DNA of 64,000 nucleotides, taken from positions 1 through 64,000 of the IMG/VR virus record IMGVR_UViG_3300042335_000796. One strand, given 5' to 3'. The stretch is from a virus. The position numbers were made by a program, and so were the translations under genes. The notes below the pieces were generated by a model. That model was not told the DNA's origin. It saw nothing but the letters and a program-made list of their open reading frames with translations, and did no database searches. The stretch's first letter is position 1; each line of letters begins with the position of its first letter. This document shows positions 51,397-60,895 of the stretch, one piece after another.

Positions 51397-52290
51397 GTGA
51401 ATGAAAATGAGTCTATTATTGAGATACTAAATGAATTTCTTGGCGAACCAAAACATGTAAATGATTATCAAACACAAATTCAGTATAATTGTCCAATTTG
51501 TGATGACGGTAGAAAAAAAGGTAATCTTGAAGTTAATATAGAAGAAGAAGTCTTTCATTGTTGGTCATGCGGAGATGAAAATGGTACTCATGGTGTAATA
51601 TCGAAATTATTCGATATGTTTGGTAATAAAAAATTAAAAAAGTTATATAATTTAATTAAACCTGAAGATAAAAAACCTATAAAGCGTGAAAAGAAAGCTT
51701 TACAATATCCTGAAGGATATATTAAATTTTCAGAGTCTAATCCAAGATATCCTATACATAATGAAGCATTAAATTATTTATACCGTCGTGGAGTAACTGA
51801 CGAAATTATAAATAAATATGATATTGGATATACTGCATTAGGTAAATATATGTATCGAATAATAATACCATCATATGATTCAAAAAATAAATTAAACTAT
51901 TTTATCGCAAGAGCCTGGGGTAAAACAAAGTTTAAATATTTAAATCCTGACGCTGAAAAAGATTTAATAATCTTTAATGAAAATAAGATTGATTGGGATA
52001 AAGATATATATATTGTTGAAGGGGTATTTGATTCAATTTTTATTGAAAATTCTATACCTTTATTAGGTAAACATTTATCTGAATTATTATTTAATACCTT
52101 ATATAATAAAGCAAATGGAAATATTCATATTTGTTTAGATGGTGATGCATATAAAGATGCTTTATTAATATATCATACCATAAATGGTGGTAGATTATAT
52201 GGAAAAGTTGTTTTATATAAATTTCCAAAAGATAAAGATGTTTGTGATTTAAAAGGTGATATTAGCAGATATAAAATAATAATACTATGA
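51397..52290 (+). CDS. DNA primase (Zn finger + TOPRIM)
   Basis: CPIC...FHCWSC, YLYRRG, RIIIP, KYLNP, IVEGVFD, LDGDA. Confidence 0.92.
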   Translation: MNENESIIEILNEFLGEPKHVNDYQTQIQYNCPICDDGRKKGNLEVNIEEEVFHCWSCGDENGTHGVISKLFDMFGNKKLKKLYNLIKPEDKKPIKREKKALQYPEGYIKFSESNPRYPIHNEALNYLYRRGVTDEIINKYDIGYTALGKYMYRIIIPSYDSKNKLNYFIARAWGKTKFKYLNPDAEKDLIIFNENKIDWDKDIYIVEGVFDSIFIENSIPLLGKHLSELLFNTLYNKANGNIHICLDGDAYKDALLIYHTINGGRLYGKVVLYKFPKDKDVCDLKGDISRYKIIIL

Positions 52291-53150
52291 AATTAACAAA
52301 AATTGCACAAGAAATTAGAGAAATAATTCGAGACAAACAACTTGAATATAATTTAACGTTTGATGAGGAAACTCACACATATACGATGAAAGATATTGAA
52401 GGTAATATTAGAAGTGATTGGTATTCAGTGTCTAAAGTTCTTAAGTTTTTTTACGAAGAGTTTGATTCATATAGCATATCACTCAAAAAGGCAAATGGTA
52501 ATATATTTGAACAAGAAAAATTATTAAAGGAATGGGGTGATGCTGGAACATATAGTACACAAATGGGGTCAAGAACTCATTATATTTTAGAAAACCGTGC
52601 TTTGGAATTATTTAAACTAAATAAAAATGTTAGACAACCAATATATGATTGTAATGAAGAACAAATACTAAAAAGCGATTCTATGGTATATTCTGGAATT
52701 AAGTATTTAAATCTAATGAAAGAACGTGGGGCTGAATTAATTGACACCGAAATGGTTCTCGGAAGCCCACATTTATGTTATACAGGTCAACCTGATAAAT
52801 TATGGTTGATACCTAATGCTGAAAAAACTGAATATGGTGTTGTAATTACTGATTGGAAGACAAATAAACCTAAAAATTTTGAGGTTAATAGGTGGACAAA
52901 ATCGATGTATAAACCATTTAACAAATATCCAAACAATGCTTTAGGTCATTATTATTTACAATTACCATTTTATGTTAAACTTTTTATTAAAATGTTGGAA
53001 AACACTAAATATTCTAATCTAAAGTTTTATGGTGGTGTTGTAGTATTATTAAAGGAAGATAAAACTTATAAAGAATACAAAGTTCCTAAAGATATTATAA
53101 CAACAGTAATGAATTTAAATATTCAAGATTATTTGATAATTAATAAATAA
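52287..53150 (+). CDS. PD-(D/E)XK exonuclease
   Basis: SVS, GSRTH, E...GQPD...DWKT, YYLQL..Y. Confidence 0.82.
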   Translation: MKLTKIAQEIREIIRDKQLEYNLTFDEETHTYTMKDIEGNIRSDWYSVSKVLKFFYEEFDSYSISLKKANGNIFEQEKLLKEWGDAGTYSTQMGSRTHYILENRALELFKLNKNVRQPIYDCNEEQILKSDSMVYSGIKYLNLMKERGAELIDTEMVLGSPHLCYTGQPDKLWLIPNAEKTEYGVVITDWKTNKPKNFEVNRWTKSMYKPFNKYPNNALGHYYLQLPFYVKLFIKMLENTKYSNLKFYGGVVVLLKEDKTYKEYKVPKDIITTVMNLNIQDYLIINK

Positions 53151-53168
53151 AAGCTTATTATTATAAAT

Positions 53169-53390
53169 ATGGATAAAGACTTAAGACCAAAAATTGACCT
53201 AAAAGAACAGCCAACAGTAAAATGTGAATTTTGTGGCTCAAGTTACTTCAAAGAAGTAACCATGTTAAAAAAAGTATCAAAGATTTTAACAGGAAGCTCT
53301 GAAGACACATATGTACCTTTTAGTGTGTACATGTGTAATAGTTGTAATTATGTGAACTCGGATTTTAAAGTTTTTGGGGATGATAACTAA
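53169..53390 (+). CDS. Small zinc-ribbon protein
   Basis: CEFC...CNSC. Confidence 0.75.
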   Translation: MDKDLRPKIDLKEQPTVKCEFCGSSYFKEVTMLKKVSKILTGSSEDTYVPFSVYMCNSCNYVNSDFKVFGDDN

Positions 53391-54165
53391 TATTGTACAT
53401 TTTTCCGACCTACACATTAGAATATTTAAGTATCATGAATTATATCGTGATATTTTGAAAAAAATGTTTACTGAATTTAGGAAAATTAATCCTGATAGGA
53501 TTGTTTTTACTGGAGATTTGGTACATTCTAAAAACCAATTAAGCCCTGAATTAGTTGAAATGGTTATATGGACTTTAAGTGAGAGTTCAAAGATTGCTAA
53601 AACAATTCTTATTAGCGGTAATCATGATTTTCTAAATTCAAATCTTGAAAGACTTGATACATTATCACCAATTATCTCAGCATTAAACAATGATAATATT
53701 GTTTATTATAAAGATAGAGGGGTTTATGAGGATGAAAATGTTTCTTGGTGTGTTTATTCACAATTTCAGGGTAATGTTCCACCAGATATTAAAGACGCAA
53801 AAGGTTTTAAAATTGGTTTATTTCATGACCCAATTCAAGGATTAAAAACTGATTTGGGGTTTGATTTTGGTGAACATGCATATGATATTGAAAAATTTGA
53901 TGGTCTTGATATTGTTTTATGTGGTGATATACATAAACGAGCCACATTTAAAATACCAAATGGTAAACTTGGAGTGATGATTGGGTCAACAATACAACAA
54001 AATTTTGGTGAGTCAGTTAAAAATCACGGATTTGGTGTGTTTAATATACCGAATTATAAATATGAGTTTGTTGATATTGATAATCCAAGACCTTTTCTAT
54101 CATTTAAAATTAATGGAATAAAAGATATTGAGAATGGAACAGAAAAACTTGTCAATCTCGGATAA
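53380..54165 (+). CDS. Mre11/SbcD (gp47-like) metallophosphoesterase nuclease subunit
   Basis: SDLH, TGDLVH, GNHD, FH, GDIH, GSTIQQNFGE. Confidence 0.9.
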   Translation: MITNIVHFSDLHIRIFKYHELYRDILKKMFTEFRKINPDRIVFTGDLVHSKNQLSPELVEMVIWTLSESSKIAKTILISGNHDFLNSNLERLDTLSPIISALNNDNIVYYKDRGVYEDENVSWCVYSQFQGNVPPDIKDAKGFKIGLFHDPIQGLKTDLGFDFGEHAYDIEKFDGLDIVLCGDIHKRATFKIPNGKLGVMIGSTIQQNFGESVKNHGFGVFNIPNYKYEFVDIDNPRPFLSFKINGIKDIENGTEKLVNLG

Positions 54166-54472
54166 TGAAATAGTAAATGATGTTCTTCAATATGTTTTAT
54201 TAAATGATATTAAAGATATTGATTCATTTACATTGACATGTTTTAAAAATGGATATTTTATCCAAAAATATGGACTATTAAATGAGGAAGCTTCAATAAA
54301 TATTAAATCAGAAGATAATAAAGAATTACAAAATAAAATAAACATGTTAACAGAAACAATTCAGCATTTAAAACGTGAAGTTTTAAATAAAGATAATGTT
54401 ATAAAAGAACAACAAAACAAAATAGATAATTTAAGTCAAATTATTTCAAATAAATTATTAAAATTCACATAA
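54134..54472 (+). CDS. Hypothetical coiled-coil protein
   Basis: ORF overlapping the previous gene; C-terminal heptads. Confidence 0.65.
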   Translation: MEQKNLSISDNEIVNDVLQYVLLNDIKDIDSFTLTCFKNGYFIQKYGLLNEEASINIKSEDNKELQNKINMLTETIQHLKREVLNKDNVIKEQQNKIDNLSQIISNKLLKFT

Positions 54473-54474
54473 AA

Positions 54475-54813
54475 ATGGAAAAATTTATAATATGGTCAAT
54501 TATGCTTTATGGAATCAGTAATATACTTGTTTACGGTTCTATATTAAATAGCTTTAGAAATTTTATTGAAAAAATTGGAAATTCTACTATATTAATTATA
54601 AGTCCAATTTTTAAGTTTATCAGAGAAATGCTTAAATGTATGATGTGTACACCTTTTCATTTAGGTTATTTGTCAACTTTTTTTATTTATTCGCCAACAT
54701 TTGAATATTTTTCATTACCTTTGTACTATTCTTGGATATTAGATGCTGGGATAGCTTCAGGGGTTGTTTGGGGGATAAATTCAATAATAGAATGGTTTGA
54801 AAATAAACATTAA
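54475..54813 (+). CDS. Small membrane protein with a CxxC motif (DUF1360-like)
   Basis: Three hydrophobic segments; MLKCMMCTPFHLG. Confidence 0.6.
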   Translation: MEKFIIWSIMLYGISNILVYGSILNSFRNFIEKIGNSTILIISPIFKFIREMLKCMMCTPFHLGYLSTFFIYSPTFEYFSLPLYYSWILDAGIASGVVWGINSIIEWFENKH

Positions 54814-54830
54814 TTTAATATATACATAAC

Positions 54831-55067
54831 ATGCCAAAATCAAGAAAACGCGGTGGTGACAAAGTTCACAGAAGAAGAGTTCAAAATAGAAATAAAAATA
54901 TCGACACAATGATGAAAACCCAACAAAAATTATTTGAACGAGCAATGCTTGAACAAATAAATAAAGTAAGAAACTCAAGTGGTGACACATCAAATGATAT
55001 AACCACAAGTCAAAATATTAAGTTAAATACTGAGGGTTTTAACACAAATCTTGCAACAGATTTATGA
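54831..55067 (+). CDS. Small basic hypothetical protein
   Basis: MPKSRKRGGDKVHRRRVQNRN. Confidence 0.65.
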   Translation: MPKSRKRGGDKVHRRRVQNRNKNIDTMMKTQQKLFERAMLEQINKVRNSSGDTSNDITTSQNIKLNTEGFNTNLATDL

Positions 55068-57391
55068 TAGATATTGATAAATTAGATAATCCATACGTCC
55101 AGGTAATTTGGGAAGATTATTCTGAAAATTTTACACAAGAACAAATTAAAAGTGTAAAACAATATTTTCAAAATAAATACAACACAAATAATGTTAATGT
55201 AATATCTAAAATTAAAAATGATATTATTAATGAAACTCAGCAAACTGTTGATGTTTCAATTAACATTATGGATAAAAACTATCAAAAAGAATTAATTAAA
55301 AATTATTTAGTTAGTAAAAATTTTGATAGTTACCAAGAAGATATTATAAAATTAGATAATGAAGTTGAAAACAAAATTGCAGCATCAACAGATGATGTAT
55401 CAGCATTTAAAAAATGGTATATCAAAAGAATTGAGTTTTCAAATTTCTTATCATATGGGGATAATCAAGTTTTAGATTTTACAAAATGTAATGGTTTAAC
55501 TGTTATTAAATCAACACCAGAGAATTTTGGAGGAAAAACCGTAATATCTACAGATTTATTGTTGTTTTTATTTTTTAACACAACAACTAAAACATCAAAG
55601 GTTGAAGATGTGTTTAATAAATTTACAGAAAAAGATTATGTTAGAGTAAAAGGTGAAATTACAATTGATGGTGAAGATTATGTAATTGAAAGAAACTTAG
55701 AAAGGAAAAAAAGTAAATCTGGAGATTATAACATAAAAACTTATTTAGAGTTTTTCAAAAAATTACCAAATGGTGAATTACAAAATTTTACAGGTGAACA
55801 AAGAAAAGAAACAGAAAATTTCATCAAAAATTCAATTGGTGAACAAAATGATTTCTTAATGACAATTTTGACCACAGCTTCAAATCTTGAAGAGCTTTTA
55901 GAATCAAAACCAACAACGAGGGGTCAAATTCTTTCAAGATTTTTGGGTCTTGAGTTCTTAAAGAAAAAGGAAGAAGTTGGTAAAGAATTTTATTCTGAGT
56001 TTTCAAAAAGTATGTTATCAAATATATACAATATTGAACAACTTAAACAGGAAATTGAAAATAATCTTGATAAGATATCTGAATATCAAGCTGAAATTAA
56101 TCAAGCAAAGGTTGTAATTGAAGATATTACTGAAAAACTAACTACAGGTAAAGATTATAAGGATAATCTTCTTAAAATGAAGTATAACGATATTGACAAA
56201 GATTTGTTAATATTGAACCCTGAACATATCAAAAAAGAGATTGATAGTATAAAATATCAGCTTGATAATTCAATACGTGAGCTTGAAAGTTTTGAATTAA
56301 TTGAGCCTTCAGAATTTTACAATGAAGATATTCACGATAAAATTAAGTCAGATATAAATGAGGTTTATAGAAATATTGTTGATGTTGAATCAAAAATAAA
56401 AGATATTAAAACTTTACAAAATTCTGTCAGTGGTGGTGTTAAATGCGAACATTGTGGAATTGATTTAATTAACGCAGCTATAACGCAATCTAAAATTTCA
56501 AATTTAGAATCTTTAACAATAAATCATGAGGAATTAAAATCTAAAATGGATGAATTATCGGCAAAAGATAATGAGTTTTTAAAGATTAAGAGAGATTTCG
56601 ATAAATATGAAAAAGATAAACTAATTAAAGTCCGTTTAGAATTAAATGTTGAAAGTAATAATTTAAAATATTTAAAAAATGTTGAATTATTAAATCGGTA
56701 TAATGATGTACAAGATAAAATTTCTAAAAATAAAGAAATTGAGGCTAAATTAATTAAGGCAAACCTTAGAATTGATGAATTAGAGCGTGATAAAAAGTCT
56801 AAAGAGTCAATTATTACCAGTAATCAAGTCATGATTAAAAATATTCAAGAAAAGAATGTTAAAAACAATGACTATATTATTAAAATAGGTAAAGAAAACG
56901 AGAGGGAAAAAATATATAAAATATATTCAGAAATTTTTGGTAAAAATGGTATTACTAAAAATATTATGAAAACTATGATGCCATTAATTAATTCAGAACT
57001 TCAGCGTTTATTACAAGATAGTGCATATTTCAAACTTGAAATCAGAATTTCAGATAAAAATGAAGTAGAATTTTGGATGATAGACAATTCAACGGGCGTT
57101 GAAAAACTAATGATTTCTGGGTCAGGATACGAAAAAACTATAGCATCATTAGCATTGAGGGCTGTTCTTAGTAAAGTTTGTTCACTACCTAAACCAAATA
57201 TTATTGTAATGGATGAAGTTTTTGGTAAAATATCAAACGAAAATCTTGAAATGGTTGGTGAGTTCTTTGTAAAAATAAAAGAATATTTTGAAAAAGTTTT
57301 CGTAATCTCCCATAATCCGCTTGTAAACAATTGGGCTGATAGTATTATCAGCATTGAAAAAATTGATAATATTAGTTGTGTTACTCAATAA
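55064..57391 (+). CDS. Rad50/SbcC (gp46-like) ATPase with an N-terminal extension
   Basis: IEFSNFLSYG, ENFGGKT, coiled coil with CEHC hook, SGYE signature, IVMDEVFG, ISH. Confidence 0.9.
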   Translation: MIDIDKLDNPYVQVIWEDYSENFTQEQIKSVKQYFQNKYNTNNVNVISKIKNDIINETQQTVDVSINIMDKNYQKELIKNYLVSKNFDSYQEDIIKLDNEVENKIAASTDDVSAFKKWYIKRIEFSNFLSYGDNQVLDFTKCNGLTVIKSTPENFGGKTVISTDLLLFLFFNTTTKTSKVEDVFNKFTEKDYVRVKGEITIDGEDYVIERNLERKKSKSGDYNIKTYLEFFKKLPNGELQNFTGEQRKETENFIKNSIGEQNDFLMTILTTASNLEELLESKPTTRGQILSRFLGLEFLKKKEEVGKEFYSEFSKSMLSNIYNIEQLKQEIENNLDKISEYQAEINQAKVVIEDITEKLTTGKDYKDNLLKMKYNDIDKDLLILNPEHIKKEIDSIKYQLDNSIRELESFELIEPSEFYNEDIHDKIKSDINEVYRNIVDVESKIKDIKTLQNSVSGGVKCEHCGIDLINAAITQSKISNLESLTINHEELKSKMDELSAKDNEFLKIKRDFDKYEKDKLIKVRLELNVESNNLKYLKNVELLNRYNDVQDKISKNKEIEAKLIKANLRIDELERDKKSKESIITSNQVMIKNIQEKNVKNNDYIIKIGKENEREKIYKIYSEIFGKNGITKNIMKTMMPLINSELQRLLQDSAYFKLEIRISDKNEVEFWMIDNSTGVEKLMISGSGYEKTIASLALRAVLSKVCSLPKPNIIVMDEVFGKISNENLEMVGEFFVKIKEYFEKVFVISHNPLVNNWADSIISIEKIDNISCVTQ

Positions 57392-57406
57392 AATGTGCTA
57401 ATTTTG
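57376..57406 (+). promoter_or_regulatory. Bacteroidota-consensus promoter
   Basis: TTG(57376)-N20-TAATTTTG(57399) matches the TTG/TAnnTTTG -33/-7 boxes. Confidence 0.55.
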
Positions 57407-57414
57407 CCACATAT

Positions 57415-57969
57415 ATGATAAATTCAAATATTAATAATAAGTATCTACTATTTGTATTCGGAGACTTTAACCAACCAACAGCCAAATTTATTGCTGATTT
57501 TATAATAGATTTAAACAAAATAACTGTTACTAAATTTTATAAATTAAATTATGGATATGTTTACAATTTTTCATCATTAATTGATTTTAATGAGTTAAAA
57601 AGAATGGTAAATATATCTTTTAAAGAACAAAAAATTAGTAATACATTTTTTCTAATTCAAACTAATAATTCAATACATGTTGAAATTCCTGAAGATTTTA
57701 ATTTCTTAGAGCTTGAGAATATAAATTGTGAAGATGTTGAATCAGATTATGAAATATCTTATAAATTTACATATGATTTTTGCAATGATGATGAGGATGA
57801 TGAGGATGATGAGGATGATGAAGATATTGTTAGAATGATTAAATCATTTAGTGAAAAATCTAAAAGTCGTATAAATTTAGATGATATTTTAGATAAAATT
57901 TCAGAATTTGGAATAAATTCCTTAAATAAATTTGAATTAGACTATTTAAATGATTATAAAAACAAATGA
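57415..57969 (+). CDS. Hypothetical protein with an acidic DDE repeat and a C-terminal DUF6576-like motif
   Basis: Likely ATG at 57415; DDEDDEDDEDDED; LDDILDKISEFGINSLNKFELDYL. Confidence 0.6.
   Translation: MINSNINNKYLLFVFGDFNQPTAKFIADFIIDLNKITVTKFYKLNYGYVYNFSSLIDFNELKRMVNISFKEQKISNTFFLIQTNNSIHVEIPEDFNFLELENINCEDVESDYEISYKFTYDFCNDDEDDEDDEDDEDIVRMIKSFSEKSKSRINLDDILDKISEFGINSLNKFELDYLNDYKNK
57787..57825 (+). repeat. (GATGATGAG)n coding microsatellite
   Basis: Three perfect 9-bp units and one variant unit. Confidence 0.9.
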
Positions 57970-58787
57970 AAAATTCTAATAATTACACGAAGAGTACTTC
58001 AACCCAAATATCATTTAATCAGAAAGATATTTATACATATCTCAAAGATTTAAGAAAAATTAATGTTTTAAATCCTGAAAGGGAAAAAGAACTTGCAAAT
58101 ATAATGAATTCAGATTCTGTTACTGAAAAGCAAAAACTTGAAGTTGAAAGAGAGCTTGTTGAGGGTAACTTACGATTTGTTATTACTATAGCTAAACAGT
58201 ATCAAAATCAAGGATTGGAGTTATCAGATTTAATAGCAGAGGGTAACCTGGGATTAATTAAAGCTATTAAAAACTTTGATTGGTCTAAAGATATTAGATT
58301 TATTTCTTATGCTGTATGGTGGATTAAACAGTCAATTTTGCAATGTTTAAGTGAGCATTCAAGGATAATTAGATTACCTGTCAATATTGTTCAAGAAATG
58401 CAAAGAGAAAAAAGAAAAGTTGACTCTGGAGATTCAGAAGAATCTGAAAAATTTGCAATGTTGCCAACAGTAACGTATCTTGAAAATACTATTAATGAAG
58501 AGGGTGATAGTTTGATTGATTTAATTGTTAATGATAATGCAACATTGCCTGATAATAGTTTTAATAGTAGTGAAGAACTACATAAAAAAATGTTATCAAT
58601 ATTGAATGTTTTAGATAGTCGGGAACGTATAATTATCGAAGATTATTTCGGATTATCTGGCAATACTAAAACTCTGGAAGATATTGGGGAAGACCTTGAT
58701 TTAACAAAAGAACGTGTTAGACAAATTAAAGAAAAAGCACTCAGAAAATTAAGAAATGAGTCAGAATTTTTATTTGATTATATTTAA
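57966..58787 (+). CDS. RNA polymerase sigma-70 family factor (Bacteroidota RpoD-like, no region 1.1)
   Basis: NLRFVITIAKQYQNQGL...DLIAEGNLGL, FISYAVWWIKQSI, IRLP, TLEDIG..LTKERVRQIKEKALRKL. Confidence 0.95.
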   Translation: MKNSNNYTKSTSTQISFNQKDIYTYLKDLRKINVLNPEREKELANIMNSDSVTEKQKLEVERELVEGNLRFVITIAKQYQNQGLELSDLIAEGNLGLIKAIKNFDWSKDIRFISYAVWWIKQSILQCLSEHSRIIRLPVNIVQEMQREKRKVDSGDSEESEKFAMLPTVTYLENTINEEGDSLIDLIVNDNATLPDNSFNSSEELHKKMLSILNVLDSRERIIIEDYFGLSGNTKTLEDIGEDLDLTKERVRQIKEKALRKLRNESEFLFDYI

Positions 58788-58791
58788 TATT

Positions 58792-59076
58792 ATGAAAACA
58801 ATTATAAAAAACAACATCTTAACAATTGCATTAACAATTTCATTATTATCTTTTTTTAAAAGTTGCTCAGATTCCAGGCACTTGTCAAAAATTGAAAAAG
58901 ATATTAAATCAATAAAAGATTCAGCATATACTAAAACAGAATTTCAAAAAGAGTTAGAAATAATGGGCCTTGAAGCTGAACATCGAATGATTGAATCAAC
59001 AGATAGAAAGATGCTTGATTTAACAAGACAAGATTCTATTAGAAAAGCTATAAAAGAACTTAAGAGTCAAAGATGA
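58792..59076 (+). CDS. Membrane-anchored/lipoprotein-like coiled-coil protein
   Basis: ATG at 58792; hydrophobic N-terminus ending FFKSC. Confidence 0.55.
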   Translation: MKTIIKNNILTIALTISLLSFFKSCSDSRHLSKIEKDIKSIKDSAYTKTEFQKELEIMGLEAEHRMIESTDRKMLDLTRQDSIRKAIKELKSQR

Positions 59077-59735
59077 GTTGGTTTCAAAAAAATTTAAAAA
59101 CCATACTGTACATTGCATTTGTAATACCAATTCTTACAGTAGCTTTTGTATCAATTTCACATGTTACTAAATGGTATGGTATTTCAAATCCCGCATCCTG
59201 GGCGATGTATCTTTCAGTAGGTATTGAGATTGCTGCATTATCGGCTTTAGCAGCATTATCAGCAAAAATGGGTAAAAAAGTATATTTCCCATTTGGTGTT
59301 GTAACATTAATACAGTTTATTGGTAATATTTTCTTTTCATATCATTACATTGATGTTAATTCAGAACTATTTAAAGATTGGGTAGATTTAGTTAATCCAC
59401 TTATTAGTTTAACTGGGGTTGAGTCTGGTGATATTTTAGCGCATAAAAGATTCATTGCGTTAATTTCTGGAGGGATGTTACCATTGATATCTTTATCATT
59501 CTTACATATGCTTGTAAAATTTGAAGAAAATAATGATAATACTTCAAACAAAGTTTTAAATACTGATGATACACCATCTATAGAAAACGTAGAAAAAGAA
59601 ATTATTGTAGAGTCTGAAAATTTGGAACCAATTGCTGAACCTGAATCTAATACTGAAATTGTTTCTACGGATAGTCAAGAAGATAATGGTACACCTAAAA
59701 TTAGAAGATTAACATATAAAACAAATAATGAATGA
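59073..59735 (+). CDS. Four-TM membrane protein with an acidic tail (possible holin/lysis-related)
   Basis: Four hydrophobic segments; next to the amidase-like gene. Confidence 0.55.
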   Translation: MSWFQKNLKTILYIAFVIPILTVAFVSISHVTKWYGISNPASWAMYLSVGIEIAALSALAALSAKMGKKVYFPFGVVTLIQFIGNIFFSYHYIDVNSELFKDWVDLVNPLISLTGVESGDILAHKRFIALISGGMLPLISLSFLHMLVKFEENNDNTSNKVLNTDDTPSIENVEKEIIVESENLEPIAEPESNTEIVSTDSQEDNGTPKIRRLTYKTNNE

Positions 59736-60324
59736 AAATTTTAATCTAAATCATTTAGAAACTTTATATATTAATAATGATAAGAAACAAATTATCCTAA
59801 CTAATACGTTAAGAGATATTTCATATTACATATTAGAACTTACAAATCGTAAAACTGGGTATTTCAAAAGAATACCCAATTTTATTATTGGTAGAGATGG
59901 TAAAATATACGAAATCATAAAACCTAATTATTATACTAAATATTTTAATAATGATTGGTTAAATAAAAATTCTATAGTAGTTTCATTTGAAAATGTTGGT
60001 TGGTTAAAAAATAATCCATTAAATAATGAATATATTAATTGGGTGGGTGATATTTATAATGGATTAGTATTTAAAAAACGATGGAGAAATTATATTTATT
60101 GGGAGCCGTATAAAGACATTCAATTACAGGTTGCTGCAGAGTTGTGCAGTACTTTGGTTGAAGAGTTCTCAATAGATAAAAGATGCGTTCATCATAATAC
60201 TAAGATAAATGATTATATGAAATATAATGGAATTTTAACGAGGAGTAATATATCTCAATATTATACGGATGTTAATCCTTCTTTTAATTTTGAAACTTTT
60301 ATAAAATTATTAAAATATGACTAA
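59728..60324 (+). CDS. N-acetylmuramoyl-L-alanine amidase-like (Amidase_2 fold), possibly catalytically degenerate
   Basis: IPNFIIGRDGKIYE, NKNSIVVSFEN, Y..IQL...ELC, TDVNPSFNF; the usual IILH motif reads IILTNT. Confidence 0.65.
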   Translation: MNENFNLNHLETLYINNDKKQIILTNTLRDISYYILELTNRKTGYFKRIPNFIIGRDGKIYEIIKPNYYTKYFNNDWLNKNSIVVSFENVGWLKNNPLNNEYINWVGDIYNGLVFKKRWRNYIYWEPYKDIQLQVAAELCSTLVEEFSIDKRCVHHNTKINDYMKYNGILTRSNISQYYTDVNPSFNFETFIKLLKYD

Positions 60325-60895
60325 GAATAATCAATACGACGAAATTAAAAAATTATTACAGGCATCTAATAAGATGCTATCAAATAAAAATTTGAATGAG
60401 AATTTAAGTAAAATCAGAAATCAATACAGAATATTAAATGAACAAGAAGATTCAGCAATAGCTCGAATTAATCCAATAAAAGATATTGAGAAAGATATTG
60501 AACAAACTTCTAATAAAAAAGATAAACAGCAATCATACAAAATTTCAGGAAATATCATTACTTTACATGGTAAAGAAAAAAATCAGCTCGAATTAACAAG
60601 CGATGAAAAAAGTGCGTTCCAAGAAACTATGAATGAATTTAAAGAAGAAGTTAGCGAACTTGTTGATTTTGAAATTTTAAATTTATACACCAATAATGTT
60701 GAATGGGGTGGTCAAATTTATGATTTAGATATTAAATTTTATTATACCATAGGTGAGAATAATGGAATTTATATTAACGGTGATATGATAAAAGCTGATG
60801 ATGAATTTTTAACAGTTTTGGATAAATTAAAAATATTCTATGAAAAATTTAAATCTAAATGGGGTAGAATTTTAGCAAATAGAAAATTGTCATGA
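60317..60895 (+). CDS. Hypothetical protein, possible head-internal protein
   Basis: N-terminal YDEIKKLL...LNE...RILNEQ. Confidence 0.6.
   Translation: MTKNNQYDEIKKLLQASNKMLSNKNLNENLSKIRNQYRILNEQEDSAIARINPIKDIEKDIEQTSNKKDKQQSYKISGNIITLHGKEKNQLELTSDEKSAFQETMNEFKEEVSELVDFEILNLYTNNVEWGGQIYDLDIKFYYTIGENNGIYINGDMIKADDEFLTVLDKLKIFYEKFKSKWGRILANRKLS

Noticed and set aside
52287-53150. Cas4 or CRISPR-associated nuclease
   Set aside because: Lacks the four-Cys Fe-S motif and has no array or cas neighbours; a generic PD-(D/E)XK exonuclease
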